Assembly: GCF_009914755.1 (NCBI RefSeq)
Contig: NC_060947.1
DNA from: the human T2T-CHM13v2.0 reference genome, Homo sapiens
DNA length: 64,000 nucleotides
Direction: 5' to 3' (one strand)
Shown here in pieces: positions 41,894 through 54,677 of this stretch. Position 1 is the first letter of the stretch; the number at the start of each line of letters is the position of its first letter. The notes below the pieces were generated by a model, which was not told the origin of the DNA, searched no databases, and saw only the letters and a list, made by a program, of their open reading frames with translations. The position numbers and the translations under genes were made by a program.

Positions 41894-43084
41894 ACAAGTA
41901 ACCCAATTAAACGAGTGAAATATTTGAATAGATGTTTTTCTAAAGAAGATAAACAAATGGGCAATAAGCACATAAAGAGATGCTGAGCATCAGTAGTCAT
42001 TAGAGAAATGCAAGTCAAAACCAAGTGAGGTGTGATTTCACACCTACTAGGGTGGCTAGAATAAAAAAGACATAATAACAGGTATTGGCAAGGATATGGA
42101 GACATTGGAAGCCTCATACACTGCTGGTGAGAATGTTAAGATGGTCTGGCCACATCAGAAAACAGTTCGGTAGCTAAACATAGAATTACCATATGACCCA
42201 AAATTCCACTCCTTAGTATATGCCCAAGAGAAGTGACAACATATGTCTACAGAAAAACTTGTACACAAATGTTCATGGCAGCATTATTCATAATAACAAA
42301 AAGTGGAAACAGCCTAAATATTCATCAGTTGCTGAATGGAAAAGCAAATATTGCATATCTATAAAATGGACAATTATTCAGTCATAAAAGGGAATTAAGT
42401 ACTGATACATGCTACATTATGAATGAAACTTGAAAATGTGCCAAGTGAACAAAGCCAGTAGAAAAAGCCATGTTGTATGGTTTCATTTATATAAAATGTC
42501 CAAAATAAGCAAATCCATGAAGACAGAAAATAGATTAGTAGTTGCTAAGGACTTGGAGAAGGAGGCCTAAAGAGAGATTGCTATATGAAGGTTCTTTTTG
42601 GTGTGATGAAAATGTTCTAGATTAGATTGTGGTGGTGGTGATGGTGGTTGCACAATTCTGTGAATATACTAACAACCATTGACTTGTATAAAGGGGGGAT
42701 TTTATGGCATGTAAATTATATCTCAATAAAGTTATGAAAAATCAGATTTATCAGATTAAAGTAGCATAGTTTCAAACATGTCAACTCACATTTTAAATTG
42801 AAATTAATGAAAATTTAAATGTTATGTAAAAAACTTATAGTTAGCTAAAATAAAAAGATACTTCTCCGAACCATTTAATGTTTATCATACTGTTCTTAGT
42901 TTCTGTTTTTTTAATTGACAGTTTTGCAAATTTAATGCAGTATTTCTCTTTTAATTTCTTAAAAATGTACTTAGATTGTCACAGTGAAAATGAGGTTTAA
43001 AAATTAAGCATAAATAAGAAATGACATGACAGAACAAGATTGTAATTACCAAACAGCTGTGTTTGATAACAGAACAGGGCAGTT

Positions 43085-43138
43085 CGTGCCACTGCACTCC
43101 AGCCTGGGTGACAGAGTGAGACTCTGTCTCAAAAAAAA
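43085..43138 (+). mobile_element. Alu 3' fragment
   Basis: cgtgccactgcactccagcctgggtgacagagtgagactctgtctcaaaa. Confidence 0.9.
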
Positions 43139-43720
43139 TTTAAAAACCAGTTTATTTTTGAGATTTCGTAAGTTTCCCACAATTATATAAACTGCAAGGC
43201 CTGGGAGAGAGGCAGAGAAGTGTAGGGTTAGAAAGGAAGGCTGGATCCAGCTCACACTCATAATAAGAAGGGCTATTTCTTTCTTTCTTTTCTGACTCGC
43301 TGTTTGAGAAGGTTTTTCAGATAGAGAGTTTATCAGAACCATAAGGTAAATGACTCTTTCCATACTATTGTGCAGTTATTTCCTGAATCATATTGCTGTT
43401 TGATTCAGTGTCTGGAAATCTAAATAGTTGGGATCATTGATGGATTTGTTCAGAGGCCAAAACCCTGATAAGTTTATTAATGAACATCAGGGTAATTTAA
43501 TCTTCCTGAATCTTCATGGAACATTTGAAACCCATAAGGGAGAGCCACAATGTAAACGCCTACAGAAATTAGAGAATGTTAATTAAGTACATCACGTAAA
43601 GATAAATATTAACAGATTATAGCCCAAACTGATTTCAGAAGACCTGGGTTAGCATTTATGGTAAATTAATTGAGACTAGGAATGATGAGAATTTTAATGA
43701 AGTGACTGGTTTTTCTTCAG

Positions 43721-43845
43721 CTGCTTTCAAAATTGTGAAAACCTGGCTTGGTCCAGAAGCAGTGAGCTTGTTGAAGTTTACAAGCAAAAATGAAGTCCAG
43801 GACTATGTCAGTGTAGAATACCTGCCTCCCCACATGGGTGGAACT
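43721..43845 (+). CDS. MOSPD2: MOSPD2 exon 8 (AAFKIVKTWLGPEAV...LPPHMGGT)
   Basis: ttttcttcag| and ACT|GTAAG; 125 nt; CRAL-TRIO C-terminal LPxxxGG motif. Confidence 0.96.
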
Positions 43846-44009
43846 GTAAGTATTTGAAACTTGTTTATAAAACAATACTGGATAATGGCACATTAGGCTG
43901 TATACTTTCCTCAAGGGAAAAAGAAAAGTAGTACCATAATATGCAAAGAAATATCACAGATACCCCCAAAATAGCAAGTAGTGTTACACACATTTTTAAA
44001 GTTTTAAAG

Positions 44010-45790
44010 TTAATTTTTTATTTTTTAATAGGTAATATATTTATGTGGTTCTAAACTGAAGAGTATTCAGAAGAATAATGAGAAATAAGTCTTCAGTAAA
44101 AATATCACCTCCTACTTCTGTTTCCAACCACCATATTCCCTCCCCAGCTGAATTTCTTGTATTAATTTGCAGGGATATGTATTACCCATATAAACAAGTA
44201 TAGTATATAATTTTTCCTCCCTCTCATCTCTTCTAAAGTCAGTGTATTTATGTGCTAGTGTGCATCCTGCTTTTCTCTTCACAGTACGTCTTATTCCAAA
44301 TCAATATGTAGCAGGCTCTCATACTCATTTATGGCTGCATAGTATTCTACTATCTAGACATAAGTTAGTGAATTTCCTCTTGATGTGTCTTTAGTGTGCT
44401 TCCAATTGTTTGCTGTTCAACAGTCTTTTTAGTTAAAAAGATACTATTAAGCATATACTATCCAGATTTTTTTGAGCTGATTTTTACTACTTATAAAAAA
44501 ACTGTACAACTTATGGACTTGGTACGCTTTGGGTTAACTTCATAATGTTTCACTTATTTGATTTTTTTGCAATCTATTTTTTATACTGCCTGCCTGGCAA
44601 AATTGTATTCAATCAGAACTAGCAAGAGGAATAGTTTCGATATGTCCTTCTGTTTATTGTCTTTGATTAGAAAAGACCTGAACAAATATTTTTAATTTGA
44701 AGTCTGCTTCTTTCTTATTCTAAGGCTTTATATTTCACATTTTCACCTAGAAAAACCAAATATACTTCATTTCAGGTGCTATGCTTGATTTAAAATGTGA
44801 TTTTATTTATTTTTAATAATTTGCTCATAAAATTGTTATATCTTAAATAATTATAATTAATATAATTCATAACATTTTAAATAATGTTAATTTTATGTAT
44901 AGAAACGGTTATTTTATTTCCCCTCTCTGTCCTTAGTGATATGTTTCTTCAGAATTACAGTCAAAATTATAGTAGGACTACTATTTTTTAACATTAATTT
45001 TTAAGTATTTTTTTTCAAAAAATAATACATATACATGATTTTTTAATAAAGTAAATACAATACCAGAGATTGAAAAGTATAACAGTACCATGAAAACTAC
45101 ATCTGCCTTCCCAGGTCCATGCCCACTGCCACTCCCTAAAGGCAGTCACCATCAAGTTTTCTATCCCTCTGGAGTTATCTATTACAGTTTTTTACACAAT
45201 GGTCACATACCATATATATTGTCCATTTGTACTTTTTTCACATCTTTTATTTTGCAGGTTACACCATATTGATTCACAGAGGTCTATCTCATTTTTAAAC
45301 CAAAATATTCCACTGTATGGACGGGTATAACATAATTGATTTAATCACTCTTCTTTTAAAGGGCTGCACTGATAGTTGTATTCTAATTTTTTGCCATTAC
45401 TAGTTTTGCTGCAGTGAATATCCTTGTAATAATTCTTAATATATGTGTGCAGCGAGAATGCATACAGAATAAACTCCTAGAAAAAAATCTGTGAGTATAG
45501 TTTTTAATTTAGATAGCTGTTGCCAAATTTCCTCTAAAGAGATTGTGCCCATTTACCAATAATGTGTGAGAATTCTTGAACCACCTCCTTGCCAGCATCG
45601 CATATTCTCATTTTTGTAGTCATTGCCAGTCTCAGGTAAAAAATATTTCACTGTCATTTTAATTTGCATTTCTTTAATTATAGGTGATGTTGAAAACTTT
45701 CTTATGATTCAAAAGACAATTTTCATTCTTTTTCAGTGTATTCTGTATCCCTCTTCTGTATTGTTACAGAACTTATATAGTTCTTTAAAA

Positions 45791-45831
<41 letters not shown>

Positions 45832-46000
45832 ACATATACATTTAAAGCTTTTATCCATCTGAAATTCTTTTTGGTGTAGAGAGCGAGCTAAAGATCTAAG
45901 GTGATTCTGTATAGATGGCTAGCCAATTGTCCCACACCACTTATTGCTCTTTTTCTTTCTGGTTTGAAATGCTTCCTTTATTTTAAATTTCATGATCTAA
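44010..46000 (-). mobile_element. Ancient L1ME fragments; (CA)n at 45794-45827
   Basis: atggctgcatagtattct, ttttaatttgcatttctttaatta, agccaattgtcccacaccacttattg. Confidence 0.6.
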
Positions 46001-46103
46001 TTAAGTCTGTTTTCTTGGCCAAAGTAATGAATTGTAAATCTACTAAGAGAGTTATTTCTCTACCCACCATTTAGTAGGCTCATGTGAAATTATTTTCTTG
46101 TAG

Positions 46104-46280
46104 GATCCTTTCAAGTATAGCTATCCACCACTAGTAGATGATGACTTCCAGACCCCACTGTGTGAGAATGGGCCTATTACCAGTGAGGATGAAACTTCAA
46201 GTAAAGAAGACATAGAAAGTGATGGCAAAGAAACATTGGAAACAATTTCTAATGAAGAACAAACACCTCTTCTTAAAAAG
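46104..46280 (+). CDS. MOSPD2: MOSPD2 exon 9, acidic linker (DPFKYSYPPLVDDDFQTP...QTPLLKK)
   Basis: ttcttgtag| and AAG|GTAAC; 177 nt, open frame. Confidence 0.95.
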
Positions 46281-46429
46281 GTAACTTTATAAATAAAATG
46301 AAACTGAATCACAAGATGTGGTCTATCCCCAATTCTGACACTAGCCAGCTGTGTGATTTTGGGTAATTCACTTAACCTGCTACCCTTCCACATTTTTGTG
46401 TGTAAAAAGAAAGAGGAAGGATGGGATTA

Positions 46430-46807
<378 letters not shown>

Positions 46808-47116
46808 CTAGAAGTAATTGTTTTATCTAAAATTTTTTTATTTGTCTAAAAGTAATTAATTTAAAACTTTGATTTAGTTCCTTTCTCTAATTTTTAAAAG
46901 AGCACTTAGTAGTTGTCACTTTTTACAAGTAATCAGGAACTTGATAGATGGATAAATACAATGTTATAATTTAGAAAAATTTAAAGACTCTTAAGGGAAG
47001 GACCATATTGTATTTTCTAGAGTAACCTATGTTATGTATAATAGTAGGCACTAAAATAGATGTTAATGGTCATGTTAATATATGCTAAATAGTTATCCTT
47101 TTTTTTTTGTCTTTAG

Positions 47117-47229
47117 ATTAACCCAACCGAATCTACTTCCAAAGCAGAAGAAAATGAAAAAGTTGATTCAAAAGTGAAAGCTTTCAAGAAACCATTGAGT
47201 GTATTTAAAGGCCCCTTACTACACATCAG
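47117..47229 (+). CDS. MOSPD2: MOSPD2 exon 10 (INPTESTSKAEE...KGPLLHI)
   Basis: ttttgtctttag| and AG|GTAAT; 113 nt. Confidence 0.95.
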
Positions 47230-49370
47230 GTAATCGTCAAAGATTTTATTAGCTATAATTTTATAACATATCTTGATCACCTTGAGGGAGCCACAAAATT
47301 AAGAAAACTTCTATTTGGTTTTTGAAACTGTAGAAATATAAAACCAAGAGTTATCTGAAGACTTACCTTGGTTTCCAGACGTAGTGCATATGTTTAGCTA
47401 CCTTGCTTTCTTCTATTATGTTGAGTGTCTTTAAAGGGTTCTCATCACACATCAGATAATAAAACTAAATATTTATATATTAATAAATCTGAATGGCATG
47501 TATTTTCCTCACATTACTGATACTATTAGACTTGCCCAAGTTTGGGAATGCCAGAAATGACACTAAAGTAAGGATTTGTTGATTTTACTTTCCAGAAGCC
47601 AAAGATGAACTGGAAAAATAGGTTTGTGACTAAAGCCAAACTTCAGGACATCTCTATTTTTCTGCTAGGTTATTTGATTCAAAAGATTCCAGGTTGTTTC
47701 TTTCAGCATTGTATAAAGACCTTTTTCTCACTGATGATGTTTTTGGTTGGTAAATATATTTTGCCTTACGTTACATTGCTACACCAACTTTATGATCTCA
47801 TGTAGCATTTTCTGTCCCTTTACTTGAAACCTTTCTGTATAGCTATGTTTTATGTATATCTCTTATGAACAATATAGCCAGACTTTTAAAAAATCTAATC
47901 TGACATTCTCTAATTGATAGTATTAGCTTGTTTACATATATTTTGATTACTGTTATATTTGGATTTATCTCCGCCATCTATATGTATGAAAGACAGCAAG
48001 CAAGAGAGACATAGATGCGCATGCATTTTCTGTTTTTCATGGTTTTTCTTTCCCATTTTCCCCCTTTGGAGTTTATCTTTTTTGTTTGTTTACTTGTTCC
48101 CATTTTTCTCCCTACTTATTTGGAAGTTACACATTCTGTTTTCACTGTAAACCTGTTACATCATAGGTCCTTGCCTGTAATTGTAGAGGTATGACAGGAA
48201 AAGCAGGCTAGGGAGAAAGCCAGACAGCTTTTCACCTGCACATTGGGCTCTGCTCCTCCCTTCCTCCGCCCCCGGTGAAGTCCCAGAGCTGCTCCTACAC
48301 AGACACAAGGACCTAACCAACCTCTGTCTTCCTGGAGCTGCTCACAGTTGTTGTGCTGGTTACTAAGAACAATGAGATCCATAACCTTGTGGTTTTCTAT
48401 GACTTACTTAAGATTAGGCTCTAGAAGAAAGCCAGCAACCATGCAAATTTACCACCTTATCCAAAACTAGGCAAAGCCCTTCTGGGAGAGCTCATTCTTA
48501 AAAACATGTGTTAGTTAGATTAAAAAACACTCCCAAGGTACAGACATTCCTGATATAAAATTAACCTATTTAAAGATGTATCTCAAAATCAACGGCTTGC
48601 TGAAAATTCACTTTAGTTAAATTATTCACCTTTTTATATAAAACAAAAACACTATTCTTCCCATTGTTTTGAGCCACCTGATACAATTTGGCTAATGTAA
48701 CTAAACTACACAAACTGCTTGAATCTTTTAAATTTTTTTTTAGGTCATAGGCATTACAATGGAAAGTAATAGTAAAATTTAAATATTGAAGCTCATTGAT
48801 TTTACTATTTGATTAGTTCTTCCTACAGCTCCCATCCCAAACTTACTTTTATGTTTACTTTTCTCCTTCCCTATTACTTAGAAAAGCTGCTATATAGTAA
48901 GAAATTATTCTGTTAAATACATTCCTAATCATCTTTCTTTTTAAGTTATGCTCTTTTCTGTTGGTGTATAGAAATATGCCTCATTCTAATTATTTGTAAT
49001 TAGGTAAAGTTGAAGCAGCAATATCTTCTTTGCTTTATTATCTATAACCTTCCAAATAGTTTAAATAAGCGCACCTTAAGATAGTGCTGATTATAGGATT
49101 AATCAGAGCCTTCATAACTCTCTCTTCTGTTCTTCCTGGTTTGCTTTTGATCTTGGGGAAAACCGTAGGACTTTTTAAATAGTGTGCATTGAATCAGTAA
49201 GATTAAAATACAAAATTGTATTAGGTAATTGTTTTGTAAGTCTTTTTTGGTGAAATGTCTTTATACAAATGAGCATAAGATATTAACTAAATATTTTTCT
49301 TCAAGCTAAATGATTAGATTGTCATTTATTCTGATTATTACAAATGTCTTATGTTTTTGTCACTCCCTAG

Positions 49371-49467
49371 CCCAGCAGAAGAACTGTACTTTGGAAGTAC
49401 AGAATCCGGAGAGAAGAAAACCTTAATAGTGTTGACAAATGTAACTAAAAATATAGTGGCATTTAAG
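49371..49467 (+). CDS. MOSPD2: MOSPD2 exon 11, MSP domain start (PAEELYFG...TNVTKNIVAFK)
   Basis: ctccctag| and AAG|GTAAA; 97 nt; VAP-like L.N....VAFK pattern. Confidence 0.95.
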
Positions 49468-50299
49468 GTAAATATCTTAAAGATACAATAAATTATGTTT
49501 GAGAATTTGACATGGGAAGTGATTTTAGACATATTCTAATTGAAAGATTGAAAATTTTGAACTTGTACAGTGTTTTTATTTATGACAATTTTTAGGCATG
49601 TTGTACTACCTTCTGGTTCTAACCAAGTCGCATAGCTTTATCAAAAAATTTTCCCTGAGGTCTGTATCTGAATCTTTTACGTGCAGTAATAGGTTAATGT
49701 CTAAGTTAATACAAGGGTTTAATGTTTGTTGTAAATAACAACCCAAGAAAAATTACTCTTTACTATGTGAATAATTTAATTTATAATAACAGTGAAACAT
49801 AAAACTATAAAATTGATAGTGCATTTTCCCCAAGTGTGGTATATTCTGGAGTGTAGTTTATATCGGATATTAACCTGATACTGAGCATTAAGTGTAACAA
49901 GACTAAGTCCGTCACTACCCCGTATTGTAGGTTTTCCTGCCTTAAATCTTCTATTTAATTTAGATGTAACTACCAGGATGTTCCTGATGTGCTTTGATTA
50001 TCTACTGTTTTTTAATTTCTGAACACCATGGTATTAATAACATGCAATCTAATGTGCATTCTGTTTTTGTGAATTTATGTCATTAAATTCAGGCAATTAA
50101 CAGGATAAATATTTAACAGATGGATTGTTTTATTTAAGAGGGAGTCTGAATGACAATTTGACTTATATATGAGTATGTTTTTAGATAGGTCGAGATGCTT
50201 TTTTCCTGTTAGTGGGGAAAAAATACCTTCTATGCATAATCGTCAATGTTACTTTGTAAACTCTTTGTTCATTGATTATTCACTGCTAATTTTTTTTTT

Positions 50300-50456
50300 A
50301 GGGAGATATACCTAATGCTAAATGACGAGTTAATGGGTGCAGCACACCAACATGGCACATGTATACATATGTAACAAACCTGCACGTTGTGCACATGTAC
50401 CCTAAAACTTAAAGTATAATAAAAATAAAAAAAATAAAAATAAAAATAAAAATAAA
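50300..50456 (+). mobile_element. L1PA (PA3/4-like) 3' terminal fragment with (AAAAAT)n tail
   Basis: ggagatatacctaatgctaaatgacgagttaatgggtgcagcacaccaacatggc...aaagtataat. Confidence 0.93.
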
Positions 50457-50535
50457 TTTTTTTAAAGTCATTCTTAAGCCATTTCCCCCCAAAAAAGCAT
50501 AAAGGTTGTTATGTGACTACTGTGTTTATAAATAG

Positions 50536-50632
50536 GTGAGAACAACAGCTCCAGAAAAATACAGAGTCAAGCCAAGCAATAGCAGCTGTGACCCGGGTGC
50601 ATCAGTGGATATAGTTGTGTCTCCCCATGGGG
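50536..50632 (+). CDS. MOSPD2: MOSPD2 exon 12 (VRTTAPEKYRVKPSNSSCDPGASVDIVVSPHG)
   Basis: aaatag| and G|GTGAG; 97 nt; completes the VAP consensus FKVRTTAPEKYRVKP. Confidence 0.96.
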
Positions 50633-51064
50633 GTGAGTTGTCACTTAGTAGCCACAGCAGGTGTTGGGTGTGGTGGGGGTAAGGGGACCTGGACCTTGGC
50701 TCTGAGTCAGCAGAGATGTCAGGCTAGAATCTAGAAATTAGCAGAGTATCACGAGTCACCTCACCTCGCTGTAGACATCTTTTTTCCCACATGTGAAATG
50801 GGGTGGTCAAAGAGGTCTCTAAAGCCCTTTCCAGCATTAAAATGTATTGTTTCTAACAAGTAAAATTGTTTAAACTGACACCAATTGAAATTGAATTTCA
50901 AAAGAGAAATTTCCTCACTTTTAGAACTTTTTCCTTTTTAAAGACATTTCCATTTTCTTCTTTTTCCTTAATGTTGAGTTCCAGAATAATGCTTTAAACC
51001 ACATGCATATCCAACCGCTTTGAAGGTTCCTGTTTATATGCTGAATTACCCTTTTGGAATGCAG

Positions 51065-51194
51065 GTTTAACAGTCTCTGCCCAAGACCGTTTTCTGATAA
51101 TGGCTGCAGAAATGGAACAGTCATCTGGCACAGGCCCAGCAGAATTAACTCAGTTTTGGAAAGAAGTTCCCAGAAACAAAGTGATGGAACATAG
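51065..51194 (+). CDS. MOSPD2: MOSPD2 exon 13 (GLTVSAQDRFLIMAAEM...KVMEH)
   Basis: gcag| and AG|GTAAG; 130 nt; MSP DRFLI motif. Confidence 0.95.
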
Positions 51195-51869
51195 GTAAGC
51201 TTTTCCCTCACATTCTTCTCAAATGTAGTGGGAAGAATCAGAAAGAGAAAAGTGCCTCCATGGACCAGGTGGCCTCCCTTTCTTCTTGCATCTGCTGGGT
51301 GCCCTGCAAGGCTCTGGGGATGCCCAGATGAAAGAGACCTGGTGTTGCTCAAGGAGGTCACTGATAGCAGAAACTCATTTGCAGGCCAGTGCAAGAGTCT
51401 GGATCTGTCCAGATCACAAACACAGATTGTCTCAGCAGTTCTCCCTGTAGGAGTGCTTACCTTACATACTAGAATGTTTTTTGCAGCATTGTTTGTAATA
51501 GTGAAAAACTGGAAAGAAAGAATCTAAATCGTAACCAGTAAAGCAATAGTGAGATACATTTGAGTATATCCACACTAAAGTGTGCTGCAACCACTCATAA
51601 AGGTACAGCAAGTCTATTTGTTCTGACATGGAAAGACATCTGTGATATATTTTAGAAAACAAATCTAGTGAGAAAAATTGGTTATGGACATTATTCTATT
51701 TAAGAGGGGGAAAAACTTGCATATATAGATATATACATGTATGTGCATGTATATAGATATATCAGGTTGTGACAAATTTCTTGAAAAGATATGTAGAAAA
51801 GGAGAATAGAAGGGGCTGTATTGTAGTTTTGCTTTTTTTAAATTGGAATTATGGTTTATTGGAGTGTTC

Positions 51870-52066
51870 ACATTTTTCCCCCCAGGGGACATTTGTCAAT
51901 GTCTGGAGACACTTTTGGTTGTCACAACTGGGGGATGGGGTACAGTGGGCATCTAATGGGGGCAGCATAGGGATGCTGCTAAACCACTAGCAGTACACAG
52001 GACAGCCCCATCCCCCAAAAATGATCTGGCCCCAAATGCCCATAGTGTCGAGGTGGAGAAATCCTG
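51870..52066 (+). mobile_element. MER20
   Basis: ccccaggggacatttgtcaatgtctggagacacttttggttgtcacaactggggg...gagaaatcctg. Confidence 0.9.
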
Positions 52067-52605
52067 CTTTATAGGGTAGTTAAGGATGGCCACTCCAATG
52101 ACATTAGAGTAGGCCCTGAAGGAAATGAGAGAGCAAGCCACATAGATAACTGGACAGAGACCTTTCCAGACAGAACAACAAATGCAAAAGGAGTGTGCTT
52201 GGCCTTTGGGAGGAACAACAAGGAAGTCACTGTCTCTTGACTCCAGTAAGGGAGGAGCATGGTGAGAGATGGGGACAGAGATAGTAGGATATCAGATCAT
52301 CCCTATGGTGAGGACTTCTGAGCGAGAGGAAAAACTATTAGTTGGCACTAAGCAGAGCCATGAGGTGATCCGGGCTTATTTTTTTAAAGGATTCTTCTGG
52401 GTACTGTGTAGAAACTAGACGGTGGGCAGTGATACCAAGTTCACACTAAAGTGGAATTTGCTGTATGCCAGCACTGTTCTAGATGCTTTAGACATATTGA
52501 TTCATTCAGTCATGAAGACAGCCCTGTGAGGGAGAAAGGCATTTTTCCTACTTTATAGAGAAGCTGGGAAACCTGATAATGGCTATGGTTGAATGAAACC
52601 TTCAG

Positions 52606-52735
52606 GGCTGGGCGCAGTGGCTCACACCTGTAATCCCAACACTTTGCGAGGCTGAGGTGGGAGGACTGCTTGAGCCCAGGAGTCCAAGACCACCCTTGGC
52701 AACATAGGGAAACTTTCTTTCTACAAAAAATCAAA
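52606..52735 (+). mobile_element. FLAM / left Alu monomer, after L2 and MIR fragments at ~52070-52580
   Basis: ggctgggcgcagtggctcacacctgtaatccca...ctacaaaaaa with no right arm. Confidence 0.85.
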
Positions 52736-53547
52736 AGCTTAGCTGATAGATCATGAAAATAGATTATGAACAGTGAAATTCCTGAGAAGGCTGAAAGTGC
52801 GGGGAACCAAAGCAGGGGAGATTAGCCTTAGTCCGGAGGAGGGAGAAGCAGATGGAAGTCAGCAGCCTGCCTTGTTTTTACGTGTAATATTTAAATTTTC
52901 AAATTGTATTACAGGAGGGCCTACTTTCTGTTTTTATCAAGAGTTTTTCTTTTGTTCAAAGACACTGGTTATGGGAATATTTTGAAAGGGTAAGAAACGC
53001 TGGTATAAAAGGTGTTGCAGATTAATTTGAAGTTCTTACGAAACAGTCCCTCAAAATGAAGGGTTATTTTTGGTTTTGTTATGTTCGAGTTGCTTTGTTT
53101 TCTTTGTTTTTTGCTTTACCAATTACTGATGGCTTGCTTTTCTATAACTGTGAGAGGAGATCACTGTTCTCCTGCAGAAAGTGGGAGGGAGGCTTGATGG
53201 TGGGGTACTGAAGCTCAAGGAAAGTACCTTTCTCCTATCTAGAAAGGGTGATTTCCTTCAAATCATAAGATATTTGGATGAATTCTACTGAATACCATAT
53301 AAACACTTTCATTTGAATTTTACCGAATGGTATCTGCAATATGTTGTGTTCCTTATACATGCATTAATTAACGAAGCTGGAAGATACATATACACAGAGC
53401 AACTGTCTTAGGTGAACCTGGGGAAGAGGAATGAGGACTTTTACCTCTGTTACATAGACTTCTGTGTATAACTGTTTTCATTTTATATTTTACTTTTATA
53501 AGAAAATTAACTTTTTAAGAAGTTATGTTTTCTTTGGATTTTAATAG

Positions 53548-53650
53548 GTTAAGATGCCATACTGTTGAAAGCAGTAAACCAAACACTCTTACGTTAAAAG
53601 ACAATGCTTTCAATATGTCAGATAAAACCAGTGAAGATATATGTCTACAA
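53548..53650 (+). CDS. MOSPD2: MOSPD2 exon 14 (RLRCHTVESSKP...SEDICLQ)
   Basis: ttaatag| and CAA|GTAAG; 103 nt. Confidence 0.95.
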
Positions 53651-53703
53651 GTAAGTATACTTTCTTCCTACCCAAACAAAGTTGTTAATGCTGATCAACA
53701 TTA

Positions 53704-54108
<405 letters not shown>

Positions 54109-54539
54109 TTATTTTTGGAGATCTACTAACCATTTGAAAGCTCTGGCCATTTTTAGCAAAGCACAAGGTACTTTGGGGAGTATCAAATAATTCAGTCTTG
54201 CAGAAAAAAGTACCAATTAGTGCATTTAAATTTGAAAGAGACAGAGGGGCTCTCTGAGTAGCTGAAGGCTGCTTAAGGGTTTCTGTACCTCTAGGAACTG
54301 ACTGCTCTGCTCCTGTCTCAACTAGAAATTCAGACCTCTCAAAATGAGAATAAGCATAGACATATCTGTCCACCAAACAAATCTAATGCCCTGTTGCACT
54401 TCCACCTCCTTCCACCAGCCTTACAGAGTAGTGGGCCCCATCCTTTCAGTGTTTGGATTTCTAGTATTCCTGTTTGTCATGCCCATGATTAATGGCTGTT
54501 TTATTGATATAAATCTTTCATCCCCTCTTCCCTCTTCAG

Positions 54540-54677
54540 CTCAGTCGTTTACTAGAAAGCAATAGGAAGCTTGAAGACCAAGTTCAGCGTTGTATCTGGT
54601 TCCAGCAGCTGCTGCTTTCCTTAACAATGCTCTTGCTTGCTTTTGTCACCTCTTTCTTCTATTTATTGTACAGTTAA
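54540..54677 (+). CDS. MOSPD2: MOSPD2 exon 15 coding part: coiled coil plus C-terminal transmembrane anchor, stop TAA
   Basis: ccctcttcag|; LSRLLESNRKLEDQVQRCIWFQQLLLSLTMLLLAFVTSFFYLLYS*. The 15 exons sum to 1557 nt = 518 aa plus stop. Confidence 0.96.
   Translation, partial: LSRLLESNRKLEDQVQRCIWFQQLLLSLTMLLLAFVTSFFYLLYS

Noticed and set aside
46121-46393. Antisense ORFs over MOSPD2 exons (also 43717, 49338, 50921)
   Set aside because: Shadow frames of real coding exons.
52773-52985. 70-aa ORF in intron 13 as a possible alternative exon
   Set aside because: No ATG start, no convincing acceptor, no recognisable domain.
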